DNA from: Octopus vulgaris | Lineage: Eukaryota | DNA: 64,000 nucleotides | Assembly: GCA_951406725.2 (NCBI GenBank) | Contig: OX597837.1 | Location: forward strand, 23,126,001 to 23,190,000 | Direction of reading: 5' to 3' | In this document: positions 29,760-42,889 of the stretch, piece after piece | How the letters are laid out: each line of letters opens with the position of its first letter | How positions within the stretch are numbered: position 1 is the stretch's first letter | Notes under the pieces: generated by a model | Databases searched by the model: none | Told to the model about the DNA's origin: nothing | The model's input: only the letters and a program-made list of their open reading frames with translations | Position numbers and translations under genes: made by a program

Positions 29760-31490
29760 TCCATCTAAAGAGACAGCTAAATATATATTTTGACAGGCAG
29801 CTAGCTAATCAGCTTAGACAGCTGACTAATCGGTTTAGACAGATGGCTAATCAGACAGACAGACAGCTAATCAGCTTGGACAGGAGATTAATCAGTTTAG
29901 ACAGATAGTTAATAGGCTTAGACAGATGGGTAATCGGCTTAGGCAGATGGCTAATCGGCTCAGGCTGACAGCTAATCGGCTCAGAAAGATGGCTAATCGG
30001 CTGAGGCAGACGGCTGATCGGCTCAGGCAGACGGCTGATCGACTCAGGCAGACGGCTGATCGGCTCAGGCAGACGGCTGATCGGCTCAGGCAGACGGCTG
30101 ATCGGCTCAGGCAGACGGCTGATCGGCTCAGGCAGACGGCTGATCGGCTCAGGCAGACGGCTGATCGGCTCAGGCAGACGGCTGATCGGCTCAGGCAGAC
30201 GGCTGATCGACTCAGGCAGACGGCTGATCGACTCAGGCAGACGGCTGATCGACTCAGGCAGACGGCTGATCGACTCAGGCAGACGGCTGATCGACTCAGG
30301 CAGACGGCTGATCGGCTCAGGCAGACGGCTGATCGGCTCAGGCAGACGGCTGATCGGCTCAGGCAGAGGGCCGGCTCAGGCAGAGGGCTGATCGACTCAG
30401 TCAGAGGGCTGATCGGCTCAGGCAGACGGCTGATCGGCTCAGGCAGACGGCTGATCGACTCAGGCAGACGGCTGATCGACTCAGGCAGACGGCTGATCGG
30501 CTCAGGCAGACGGCTGATCGGCTCAGGCAGACGGCTGATCGGCTCAGGCAGACGGCTGATCGGCTCAGGCAGACGGCTGATCGGCTCAGGCAGACGGCTG
30601 ATCGGCTCAGGCAGAGGGATGATCGACTCAGGCAGACGGCTCATCGACTCAGGCAGACGGCTCATCGACTCAGGCAGACGGCTCATCTACTCAGGCAGAC
30701 GGCTGATCGACTCAGGCAGACGGCTGAACGACTCAGGCAGACGGCTGATCGTCTCAGGCAGACGGCTGATCGACTCAGGCAGACGGCTGATCGACTCAGG
30801 CAGACGGCTGATCGGCTCAGGCAGACGGCTGATCGGCTCAGGCAGACGGCTGATCGGCTCAGGCAGACGGCTGATCGGCTCAGGCAGACGGCTGATCGGC
30901 TCAGGCAGACGGCTGATCGACTCAGGCAGACGGCTGATCGGCTCAGGCAGACGGCTGATCGACTCAGGCAGACGGCTGATCGACTCAGGCAGACGGCTGA
31001 TCGACTCAGGCAGACGGCTGATCGACTCAGGCAGACGGCTGATCGACTCAGGCAGACGGCTGATCGACTCAGGCAGACGGCTGATCGACTCAGGCAGACG
31101 GCTGATCGACTCAGGCAGACGGCTGATCGACTCAGGCAGACGGCTGATCGGCTCAGGCAGACGGCTGATCAGCTCAGGAAAACGGCTGATCGGCTTAGGT
31201 AGACGGCTGATCGGCTTAGGCAGACGGCTGATCGCCTTAGGCAGACGGCTGATCGGCTCAGGCAGATGGCTAATTGGATAGGCAGACGGCTGATCGCCTT
31301 AGGCAGACGGCTGATCGGCTCAGGCAGATGGCTAATTGGATAGGCAGACGGCTAATCGGATAGGTTGATGGTTAATCAGATAGGCATGCCACCAATTATA
31401 TAGGTAGACGGCCAATCAGATAGGTAGACAGCCAATCAGATTGGTAGACCGCCAATTAGATAGGTAGACAGCTAATCAGACAGGTAGCTA
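29760..31490. repeat. 21-bp GC-rich minisatellite (CAGACGGCTGATCG[G/A]CTCAGG)n
   Basis: Homogeneous core ~30000-31170 with degenerate units on both edges. Confidence 0.95.
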
Positions 31491-32013
31491 TATAAATAGA
31501 TAGATAAATACCAGGCATATAAGAGAAACTAAGAGATGTGAAAAAGAAGAAAATATATATGGTTGTTGAAAAGTAGATTAGTGGTGGTTGATGCTAAATA
31601 CATATTACATCATGTTTAGCCACACATCTATTGTGATTGATGCTGAATAATACATAGCAATATAAGAGTGATGTTGACGGTGTTTTATAGACAGTGTGAC
31701 AAAGTAAAAGACAAAGGGGCAGAAAGTGAAAATGAAAGATAGGAAGCAAGAAAGATAAATGTGAGAAAGGAACTGAGGGAAGGAAAGATAGAAAGGCAGA
31801 ATGAGAGAAAGCAGTAGAGAAGAATGAAAGAAAGAGTGGAAAAAGCTGGAGAGTAAGATAGGAAGTTGAAAGGCAAAGGAGAAATACAGAAAGGTTAGAA
31901 AGCAAGGGAGAGAGAGATAGAAAGGGAAAGAAAGAAAGAAAACAAGAGAATAGAAAAAAAAGTAGACGGCTACAGAGAAAGCAGGGGAGAAAACATGAGA
32001 AGAAAGGTGAACT

Positions 32014-32067
<54 letters not shown>

Positions 32068-32621
32068 ATGAAAATAAGTAGGAAGAATATGAGAGTACTT
32101 GAGAAACATATTTGCAGTCATTCATGACAAGATTATTATTATTATTATTATTATCATTATTACTAGTAGTAGTAGTAGTAGTAGTCATAGTAGTAGTAGT
32201 GGCTGAAATGGGAAAGATAGTGTCTCTTACTATGGTACTATACCAGTTACTGTGATAGTGCTAGTCCCTTCACAGTAAATTTGGTGCCACCAACTTCAAT
32301 GATCACACGATTTATTGGAATACTAACTGACCTAACTTGACTTCTAATATTGATTGCTGAGAGAAAGAGAGAAAAAGAGATAGAGAGAGAGAAAGAGAGA
32401 GAGAGAGTGTGTATCATGGTATCTTCAGATTGACTGGAAGGGAGTAAGAGGAAGTCAGGAAATCTCACCCAATGAAATACAATAAAACAGATTCTGTGAT
32501 GTTTTTTGTGCAGCTAAGTGAAACTTCATTTCATTTGGTAGATGCGTGACATAAATGTCCCATCAATGACCATCTCTCATTGTATTTTTAAGCATCTTAG
32601 ACTACATTATCTAATCTGTGC

Positions 32622-33245
32622 TAAGGTGGTGAGTAGGTAGAGCTGTTACTGAATTGGACAAAATGCTTTGCCTCCAGCCCTTTATGTAGGGCTGGGTTAA
32701 GACCCATTGAGGTCCTAAGCACTTAGAAGATTTTAGAGCCACCATAAAAAATTATGTAATTCAAAATATAAACAATAACACACCATAAAATAAATTTTTA
32801 TTTTTCAAAATGAAACAAAACAGTAGGAGGGAAAATAATGCTTATTTTTGTATACTTCCACATTATTTATAATTGAAAAGTTTCCTTCTACTGTTTTGAA
32901 TTGCAAAGTCTTTGATCAGATCTTAGGTAACACATCTGCATCTATACTTAGTAGAGATAAAGGCATCCCAAATATTATTTTAGCAAGTTGAAAATGATTT
33001 CTTTTGTGCCATAAACCATTTACAATTTCTGTGGTTCCCCTTCCTTCCCTTGATGCCCTAAGCACATGCTCATTTTGATTAATGGATAGTCCAGTACTGC
33101 CTTTATGTTCAGAGCTCAAATGCCAGCAAGGTGGACTTTGCCTTCCATCCTTCCAGGGTGGACAAAATAAGCACCAGCCAAACACTGGTAATATTGTAAT
33201 TGACTTCCTCACCTACTAAAATGCTGACTTCATACCAAACTTAGG
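32622..33245 (+). mobile_element. SINE family B split by a hAT-type MITE
   Basis: Head at 32622-32686. Body resumes at 33100 (cctttatgttcagagctcaaat...gccttccatccttcc). Confidence 0.7.
32687..33099. mobile_element. hAT-superfamily MITE
   Basis: 8-bp direct repeat cctttatg at 32679-32686 and 33100-33107. Imperfect TIRs tagggctgg / ccagtactg, and subterminal cctaagcac at both ends. Confidence 0.7.
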
Positions 33246-33264
33246 AAGGATTATTTATCTCTTA

Positions 33265-33590
33265 TGCGTTTAAGTCATTAGGCTGTGACCATGCTGAAGC
33301 ACTACCTTGAAGAATTTCTAGCTGAATGAATTGACCCCAGGACTAATTTTATTTTTAAGCCTGATACTTATTCTATTGGTTTATCTTGCCAAACCACTAA
33401 GTTATGAGGACATAAACATACCAACACCGGTTGTCAAATAGCAGTGGTGGACAAACACACACACACACATGACAGGCTTCTTTCAGTTTCCTTCTACTAA
33501 ATCCACTCACAAGGCTTGGGCAAGTAAAAGACACTTGCACAAGGTGTCATGCAGTGGGATTGAAAAGCAAGCTTCTTGCCACAGAGCCAA
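33265..33590 (-). mobile_element. SINE family A, diverged
   Basis: Homologous to other A copies. Confidence 0.7.
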
Positions 33591-33940
33591 ACCATTTTTT
33601 CTTTGTTTTTGTGATATTATATAGTTTGGCTATAATTTTAACAGGTTCAGTGATCAAACACAAGGACTTCTTTGACTTGAAAGCTTAGTGGGTGCTGGAA
33701 ACTGTACAATCACAAGTGTATAAGTCAAGAAGCTGTAGGAAGGAGGTTCCAATCACAATGAAACACTTGACAACATTTTATTACCCTTTGGAGATGACGA
33801 TATTTTCTTACATTTTCACATTGTCTTTTTTACATTTTAAATTTATAAACTGGGTGGAAGTTAGATTCGGGGGAAATACATGAAGGTTTTGAGAAAGAAA
33901 CCTATCTTTTTGAAATAGTTCTCTTTATCCTTGTTATCAC

Positions 33941-34027
<87 letters not shown>

Positions 34028-34297
34028 AGAGGTTATATTAAAACCTGAAGTATTTAGTTCTAGTATCCTGAAATGAAGTGTATCATGATCTTGGAGAGAT
34101 AAACTAAATTGTGTCATCTCACAAGAAACACAGAGGATTTGAACTCTTGATCTACATGTTGTCATTGACCAATACCATACACATTTAGCAACTTTTATCT
34201 TTGTTGTAACAACACTTTCTAAAAAAAGGCTTCATCTCTAGTGTTTAGACATGTTGTCACTGACCAATACCTTATCCATTTAGCAACTTTTATCATT

Positions 34298-34692
34298 ACT
34301 AACAGAATCACCTGACATTGCTTGGGTTTGTTTCGACCTTTAGAATTGGAATTTTTGAAAAGTAAAAATTTTGCATTATGTAGCTTGTTATTCTCTTGAA
34401 GTGAACATTTTTCTGGTTGAAATGCACCGAAAAATGGCGACACAGCAGTCAAAAAATCGTAAAAAATAGGGATTTTCATAGAAAAAAGCACCTTTTTGAT
34501 GTAAATAATTTTTGGTCTTAACATGGTCCAATTTGAATTTTATCTTCAACAGAATGAAGAGCAAGCCTTCTTCTATCATACTCTCAATTTTGGTCAACTT
34601 GTGTCACAGGGTCTTGGAGGAGATAGTGTTAGTTGAAGGTTACCAAACCTGCCACACACAGACAATTTCAGGTTTATATATATATATAGATT
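34298..34692 (-). mobile_element. Non-autonomous Helitron-like element
   Basis: Homologous to 60181-60570. The minus strand begins TC(tatatata...) and ends in a degenerate hairpin plus TTAG(T). Confidence 0.65.
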
Positions 34693-35096
34693 ATAACAAC
34701 ACTTTCTAAACAGGCCTCAGGTCTGGTGTTTAGACAACATGAGATCTGAATGGTTTACAAAATGTCACCACTTGGACAAATACCTACTAAAATTTTCAAA
34801 ATTTACACAGAATTTAACTGTCAGACATCACCCACATGATTTTAATTAACTCAGTGTTTTCTCTTCATTTTACATTTCCATCCTATGTCCACATCTAAAC
34901 ATACATGCAAATATGTGTGTGTGTGTATATATATATATACACATACACTATATACTCACACAAACACACATATACTATGTACTCACAGAAAAACACATAT
35001 ACACACACTCGTAGATAGATATATAACAGATATTTATGTATATGTGCTTGTATAGACATATTTACATATATATATAAAATATTTACACATACTAAC

Positions 35097-35141
<45 letters not shown>

Positions 35142-35197
35142 AGAGAGAGAGAGAGAGAGATAGATAGATAGATATATATATATATACACACACACAC

Positions 35198-35246
<49 letters not shown>

Positions 35247-35437
35247 TATACACACACATACATAACATAGTTCTTTATGATGACTTACTAGATCCCTTTC
35301 TGTTTCATTCTCTCTCTATGTATATTTACATATATATATATATTGCATAATATATGTACTTAATATATATGAATGTATTATGCAAAATGAGAAACAGAAA
35401 TATATACACAAACATACAAACATATGTGAATATATAA

Positions 35438-35628
35438 TTCTTTTACTTGATTCAGTAATTCGACTATGGCCATGCTGGAGCACCATCTTTAGTTAAAAAA
35501 CGAACCTCAGGTCTTATTCTTTGTAAGCCTCGTACTTATTCTATTAATTTCTTTTACCAAATCGCTAAGTTACAGGGATGTAAATACACCAACATCGATT
35601 GTCAAGCAATGGTGAGGGTACAAACACA

Positions 35629-35671
<43 letters not shown>

Positions 35672-35865
35672 TTGTACCCCCACCATTATATATATATATA
35701 TATAACACGCTTCTTTCAGTTTCCATTAACCAAATTCCCTCACAACGCTTTGGTGAGCTCAAGGCAGTAGCAGACAACATTTCCCCAAGGTGCCATGCAG
35801 TGGAACTGAACCCGGAACCATGTGGTTGGAATGCAAGCTTCTTACCACACACCCATTCCTGTGCC
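35438..35865 (-). mobile_element. SINE family A, diverged
   Basis: Homologous to other A copies. Confidence 0.8.
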
Positions 35866-36207
35866 TTAATATATATATATGTATATATATAAACACAGTA
35901 TTATATAAATCATTCACAATATACCATATACATTATATATCATATAAATATAAAACATGTCACACTAGATATATGTTGCATATAAACTACATGTCTCTAT
36001 GTGTATATATACGTAACATAAATTCTTTGCTTATTAAAATTAATTCTGTCTCTGGAGGATATGACACAATTGCAAACAGACACCAGCTGCATATGAGGAA
36101 GGGAGACAATCTTGAGAATTCTCAAAGATGACATGCTTTAACGAATGACAGGTTCATTGTTTGCAAATAAGAGTATAGTTGTGGACAGGTGTCCCTGTTA
36201 TAACTGT

Positions 36208-36503
36208 CATCATCATCATCGTTTAACATCCGTTTTCCGTGCTAGCACGGGTTGGACGGTTCGACCGGGGTCTGGGGAGCCAGGGGCTGCTCCAGGCTCC
36301 AGTCTGATCTGGCAGTGTTTCTACAGCTGGATGCCCTTCCTAACGCCAACCACTCCGCGGGTGTAGTGGGTGCTTTTTACGTGCCACCTGCACAGGTGCC
36401 AGAGGGGTCTGGCATCGGCCACGATCAGTTGGTGCTTTTTTTTTTTTTTCTTTTTGTGCTACCGGCACAGAAGCCATTTCAAGGCGGTGCTGGCATCGGT
36501 CAT
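36208..36503 (-). mobile_element. Family C copy
   Basis: Homologous to 1688-1941. Confidence 0.8.
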
Positions 36504-37194
36504 GAATATGAAAATTATCCTACCCTAGCTCCTGGAAACACGGAACATAAGATAAAAACTGAAGAAATTCACAGGAATTGAACAAAAATGAGCTAAGAGA
36601 AACAACGTTTATGGAAAACTGAAAAATACAGGTATATCAAATAGGATACAGTATGAATTCATGATTGATTTAAATAATCGCTGCCTCCAGAGGAGGTACC
36701 CAATTAATAAGTAGCAATTAAAACTAGCTGCATATGGGAAAGGAAGATAATCTCAAGAATAAAGAATTCTCCAGAATTAACATACTAAATAAGCCTTTCA
36801 CTTTCTTTAAGGGAAACATGTATACTCAGACAAATACATGCATACACACATATATATATAATACACACATACACACAAATATACAATACTATGTATACAT
36901 ATATATATATATACATGCACACATACCTAGCTGCATATAAGTGTGTGGTTATGTATATACATATATACATACAAGAGAGAGAGAAAGACATAAAATTTTA
37001 TGCATCCATACCTATATATACACATATGTATGTATACAGGTATTAATATATAGATATACATTTTCAAACATACACATATATATATATGTATATATATGTG
37101 TAGGCAATGTGCGAAACTCTTCGACGTTGAATCACTCTATTACACACACCTCCTTGTTTCCCTCCTTGTTTCTCTCCTTGTTTTTTTCTGTGTA

Positions 37195-37228
37195 TCTCTG
37201 TCGAGCGTAGGCTCGAAACGTAAAAGAC
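37195..37228 (+). ncRNA. Hammerhead-like motif of family H1 (with small deletions)
   Basis: TCT-CTGTCGA-GCGTAGGCTC-GAAAC-GTA-AAAGAC. Confidence 0.4.
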
Positions 37229-37257
37229 ACACAAACATATATATACACACACAAACA

Positions 37258-37289
<32 letters not shown>

Positions 37290-37393
37290 CATATACACAC
37301 ATACATATATACACACACACACACATACATTATATATATATACATATATATATATACACATATATACATATATATACACACACATATGTATAC

Positions 37394-37424
<31 letters not shown>

Positions 37425-37464
37425 CACACATATGTATACATATATATATATATACACACATATG

Positions 37465-37495
<31 letters not shown>

Positions 37496-37545
37496 ATATA
37501 TACATATATATATATATATACATATATATATACATATATATATAC

Positions 37546-37602
<57 letters not shown>

Positions 37603-37656
37603 CATATATACATATATATATATATACATATACATATATACTAATATATATATATA

Positions 37657-37701
<45 letters not shown>

Positions 37702-37781
37702 CATATACATATATACATATATATATATATATACATATACATATCTACATATATATATATATATAAAATATTATAAAAACC

Positions 37782-38061
37782 CACCTTTTATCAATTCAAA
37801 ATGAATAATCAAATTACACCATCTAGAAAATTACATATAATAGAAACGTTAAAATTAAAATAACAATTAAAAAGTAAAGATTAAGTAAATTACAAAAATA
37901 ATATAACGTATATAATAGGTAGATATATATTATACATTATATTATTTTTGTAATTTACTTAATCATTACTTTTTAATTGTTATTTTAATTTTAACTTTTC
38001 TATTATATGTAGTTTTCTAGATGGTGTAATTTGATTATTCATTTTGAATTGATAAAAGGTG
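37782..38061. repeat. AT-rich inverted repeat, ~122-bp arms
   Basis: 37782-37903 is the reverse complement of 37940-38061 with about 3 mismatches. Confidence 0.9.
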
Positions 38062-38639
38062 TTTTTTTTCTAATATTTTATACATATATTATATTGCGTG
38101 GAATTTGATTTAGTATTTCTAAATTGAATTCTTTTTCCTTGTAAGTTTGGATTTTATTCCCCAAATAATGATACATACATGTATATACATACACATATAT
38201 ACATATATATATATATATGTATGTATATATGTGTATGTATATACATGTATGTATATATATATACATATAAATATGTACACATATATATATACATATGCAT
38301 ATATACATATATATATATATATGCATATATACATATATATATATATGTATATATATATATATGTATATATATGAGTATATACATATATATGTGTGTGTAT
38401 ATATACATATATATATATGTATATATACATATCTATATATGTGTATATATACAGCAGGAGGTCCAGATGGGGGCAGCTGCATCAAACTCTCTCATGCACC
38501 AAACGTCAATTGCTAAAAAGCATTCATGAAGTAAAATCATGTAGCAACACCGAATGGCCATGCCCCAGCATGGCCACAACTCGTGCGCTGAAACTAGATA
38601 AAATTAAAAAATATATATATATATGTATGTATGTATGTA

Positions 38640-38848
38640 TCTGTGTGTGCGCACCTTTATTTCTCTGTTTGTCCCCAACACCATCACGACAACTGATGTT
38701 GGTTTGTTTATGCCCCTGTAACTTAGCGGTTCTTCAAAAGACTTGACAGAATAAGTACTAGGCTTACAAAGAGTAAGTACTAGGGTCGATTTCTTCGACT
38801 AAAAGCAGTGCTCCAGCATGGCCACAGTCAAGTAAAAGAGTGAAAGAA
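38640..38848 (+). mobile_element. SINE family A 3' half
   Basis: acttagcggtt...gaataagtac...gctccagcatggccacagtc. Confidence 0.75.
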
Positions 38849-38934
38849 TATAATACACACACACACACACATAAATATAACCTGCGCATGTATATATCAG
38901 TGTGCATAAATATATATACATATATAAATATATT

Positions 38935-38978
<44 letters not shown>

Positions 38979-39063
38979 TTAAGGGTAGAAATTGATATTT
39001 ATCAATTAAAACCAGTGGTCTAGCATATTAAAAAAGAATCCGAAGATTAAAATATTTATATAT

Positions 39064-39408
39064 ACCAATTAAGGACTGAACACGAAAAGTGGACAGTCAA
39101 CATGCTAGATACAGACGTCAAATCGCCATTCTCCACAAAGATTATGTTCTCAAATCAAACTCAGCACAAAACCAAAGCAATAAACAAGTGAAAATATACA
39201 AAATAAAATAATTACCCATGTACTGATCAGTTTCGGTTATTATTATCCGCAAGGATAACTGTAACATTCATCAGCATGGTCCGTTATGACTACAATTTGC
39301 TGGACTAGATGCAAAAACGATACCGGAGTATCTTTGTGGAGAATGGCGATTTGATGTCTATATCTAGCATGTTGACTGTCCACTTTTCATGTTCAGTCCT
39401 TAATTGGT
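39064..39408. mobile_element. Element H2: 79-bp inverted repeats enclosing a hammerhead motif
   Basis: 39064-39142 is the reverse complement of 39330-39408 (3 mismatches). Embedded between (TA)n tracts. Confidence 0.75.
39216..39279 (-). ncRNA. Type I hammerhead ribozyme, canonical core
   Basis: CCATG-CTGATGA-AT GTTA CAG TTATCC(TTGC)GGATAA TAA TAAC C-GAAAC-TGATCA-GTA-CATGG. All conserved core residues are present, with 5-bp helix I, extended helix II, palindromic helix III and a GUA triplet. Confidence 0.8.
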
Positions 39409-39741
39409 GTATATATATATATACATACATACAGAGAGAGATAAATAGTGGATAGAGTGAAATCAAGCAATTGGTTTGTCCCAATGGTAGAAGACTTGTT
39501 GACTTTATAATAGATATTCGTTGGTGAACCAAGGACAGTTTTTGTCTTTTTCTGTCCAAAGTGTATTTTAAATGAATATTTACATATTATTATTTATAGT
39601 TTCATGTGCTTTGAGACTTACCATCCAAGAAAGGATTATTCTATGTATATATATAACATATATATAATATGCACATACACAAACGCATATCATATGTTTA
39701 TATATATGTATATATATATACACACACACACACACATCATA

Positions 39742-39775
<34 letters not shown>

Positions 39776-39909
39776 CACTGCAGTACCGTGACCGATCAGG
39801 CTATCAGCTGTTGCTACACATCACTGGTCACAATGCGCTTCACACTGTTTTAGCCTTCAAATGACACCAACCTGCCGGCTAAGCGAGCAGGGCAATACAT
39901 ATTCACACG

Positions 39910-39974
<65 letters not shown>

Positions 39975-39984
39975 ATATATCAGA

Positions 39985-40215
39985 TGTTGTTACACATCTT
40001 CGAATGACGCCACCCTGCTGGTTAAGCGAGCAGGCCAACAGAAGAAAGAGTGGTGAAAGAGTACAGCAGGGATCACTCCCCCCCCCCCTGCCGGAGCCTC
40101 GTGAAGCTTTTAGGTGTTTTCGCTCAATAAACACTCACAACGCCCGGTCTGGGAATTGAAACCGCGATCCTGCGACCGCGAGTCCACTGCCCTAACCACT
40201 AGGCCATTGCGCCTC

Positions 40216-40218
<3 letters not shown>
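39985..40218 (-). mobile_element. tRNA-derived SINE family E (fragment of its tail also at 39786-39905)
   Basis: Reverse head ggaggcgcaatggcctagtggttagggcag, shared with 59041. Confidence 0.8.
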
Positions 40219-40257
<39 letters not shown>

Positions 40258-40258
<1 letters not shown>

Positions 40259-40453
40259 TGGAGTAAACACATAAATGTGAAACAAGGTGGAAAAAGAGTA
40301 CTCAAATACCAGTGGTAGAGTAATATGCTTTATTTAAAGCAGCAGAAAATTCAACAAAACCTCTATCTCTGAGTTTCCCGTTGCCATTCATGAATGGCAA
40401 CGGGTAACTCAGAGTAACAGGTTTTGTTGAATTTTCTGCTGCTTTAAATAAAG
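40258..40453. mobile_element. Element H3 fragment forming a 126-nt spacerless palindrome through a hammerhead motif
   Basis: 40328-40390 pairs with 40391-40453. Related pieces at 40670-40820, 49500-49566, 56366-56436, 56600-56668 and 59453-59525. Confidence 0.75.
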
Positions 40454-40574
40454 TACATATATATATATATATATATGTACTTTATATATATATATATATA
40501 TATATACATACACATATATATATATATACACATACATACATATGTATAGATAGATATATACAGACATATTATGC

Positions 40575-40605
<31 letters not shown>

Positions 40606-40902
40606 GTATAGATAAATATATACACCCTCATATTATATATATATATACACCCACACACTTTATTAATAAAGCTGCAAAAACATCACAAATACTGTTACTT
40701 GGAATTTTATGTTTCTGTTTGCCGGACAGTTTTGGTTGAGAATGGAACAAAATTACTCTACCTCCAGTATTCGAGTACTATTTCTTCCATCTTGTTTTAC
40801 ACTTATGTGCTTACTTTGGTATGTATATATATATATATATATATAGAATCACATTACATATAATAGACATACATCACATACACACACACATATATATATA
40901 AA

Positions 40903-41338
40903 GGCATAGGCATGGCTGTTTGCTAAGATGCTTGCTTCCCAACCACACGTTGCAAAGTTCAGTCCCACTGTGTGGAACGTTGGGCAACAACTGTCTTCTA
41001 CTATAGCCCTGGGTTGACCAAAGCCCTGTGAATGGAGTTGGTAGACAGAACTGAAAGAAGTCTGTTGTATATGAATATATATATATATATATATTTTACT
41101 TGTTTCAGTCTTTTGACTGCAGCCATGCTAGAGCACCGCCTTTAATGTGTGTGTGTATATATATATATATGTGTATATGTTTGTGCTTGTCTCTCCACCA
41201 TTGCTTGACAACCAATTTTGGTGCGCGTACATCCTTGTAACTTAGCTGTTCGGCAAAAGGGACCGATTGAATAAGTACTAGGTTTACAAAGAACAAGTCC
41301 TGGGATTCCAGCATGGATGCAGTCAAATGACTGAAAGA
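40903..41338 (+). mobile_element. Rearranged SINE family A (with inverted tail fragment at ~41092-41145)
   Basis: Head at 40903-41070, reversed tail piece, then 3' half at 41170-41338. Confidence 0.7.
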
Positions 41339-41421
<83 letters not shown>

Positions 41422-41457
41422 TTTCCAGTTACATGTGTGTCATCTCTCTATCTCTCT

Positions 41458-41500
<43 letters not shown>

Positions 41501-41612
41501 AAAGAAGGAAGAATATATATGAATATAAACATAATATACAGTATTTATATAAAATATTGTAGATGATGATGATGTATTATATATTTTTATAACAGTACGT
41601 ATCTTATGATAC

Positions 41613-41680
<68 letters not shown>

Positions 41681-42334
41681 ATATTATACATCATTTGTGT
41701 GTCTGAGATAATATAGATAGATGAGAGTGTATAATAGAGATATACAGATAATTTATATCATAATATACACATATACTGTATATTATATATCATACATCAT
41801 TGGATACATGTAATATATAATATATAGGCAATATATACCACAGGTAACATAATATGTATGTATGTATGTATGTATATACATCACAAAACACATGAGGTAT
41901 ATTATAGCATTAGAATATTTGATAATATCACATATTACACGTCACAGACATGCAGAGCTTACACAGCATTCACACACATTTCATGGCATGTACATATTAC
42001 ACAAATTATAACAAACACACATCACATCCTACACAAACATTCCACAGCACGTACAGACAGAGCATCACATGCACATATATTTATGCATACATTACTGAAT
42101 GCCACAAATGCAAACAGCAGATTATCACGTCCACACACATGTACACCCACACTGGCATACCATCACACACACACACACACACACCCATTCAGCACATCAC
42201 AAATAAAAGTGCACACAGCACAGCACACCACACGTAGCACACACAAACACGCACAGCACAGGAAACATCATCTCACATTCATGAAACAGAGACACATGCA
42301 TGGAAAACATCATCTCAAACACACATACATACAT

Positions 42335-42553
42335 ACACACAGCATATATATAAACACACACAGCACATCATCTCACAAACACGCATACAGACAACACATC
42401 ACAAACACACACAGCATATATATAAACACACACAGCACATCATCTCACAAACACGCATACAGACAACACATCACAAACACACACAGCATATATATAAACA
42501 CACACAGCACATCATCTCACAAACACGCATACAGACAACACATCACAAACACA
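42335..42553. repeat. 72-bp tandem repeat x3
   Basis: agcatatatataaacacacacagcacatcatctc at 42341, 42413 and 42485. Confidence 0.9.
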
Positions 42554-42889
42554 CACAGACAACGCATCACAAACACACACAACACATCACAATAATTTCA
42601 AAAATACACACACACAATACATTATCGCATACACACAACCACACACACAGACACACACATTCATCGCACATCACACATGCATACATTACAAACATCATAC
42701 AAACACGAACACTACACAGCAGCATATACACACACATATATAAATTATACAATGTCATACACAGATTACATGATATCACGCACACGTACATAAATCAAAA
42801 CATAAATTATATGATATCAACTACACATGAACTATAACAACATACTCATGTGTTATATGTTCATATATTATGTAATATACATATGTTAT

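Noticed and set aside
29926-31281. 451-aa repetitive ORF (RQTADRL / GRRLIDS)
   Set aside because: Results from a 21-bp unit. The peptide changes at a shortened unit and the opposite strand is also open, so there is no evidence of coding constraint.
29760-31490. CRISPR-like array
   Set aside because: Units are contiguous with no unique spacers, the context is eukaryotic, and there are no cas genes.
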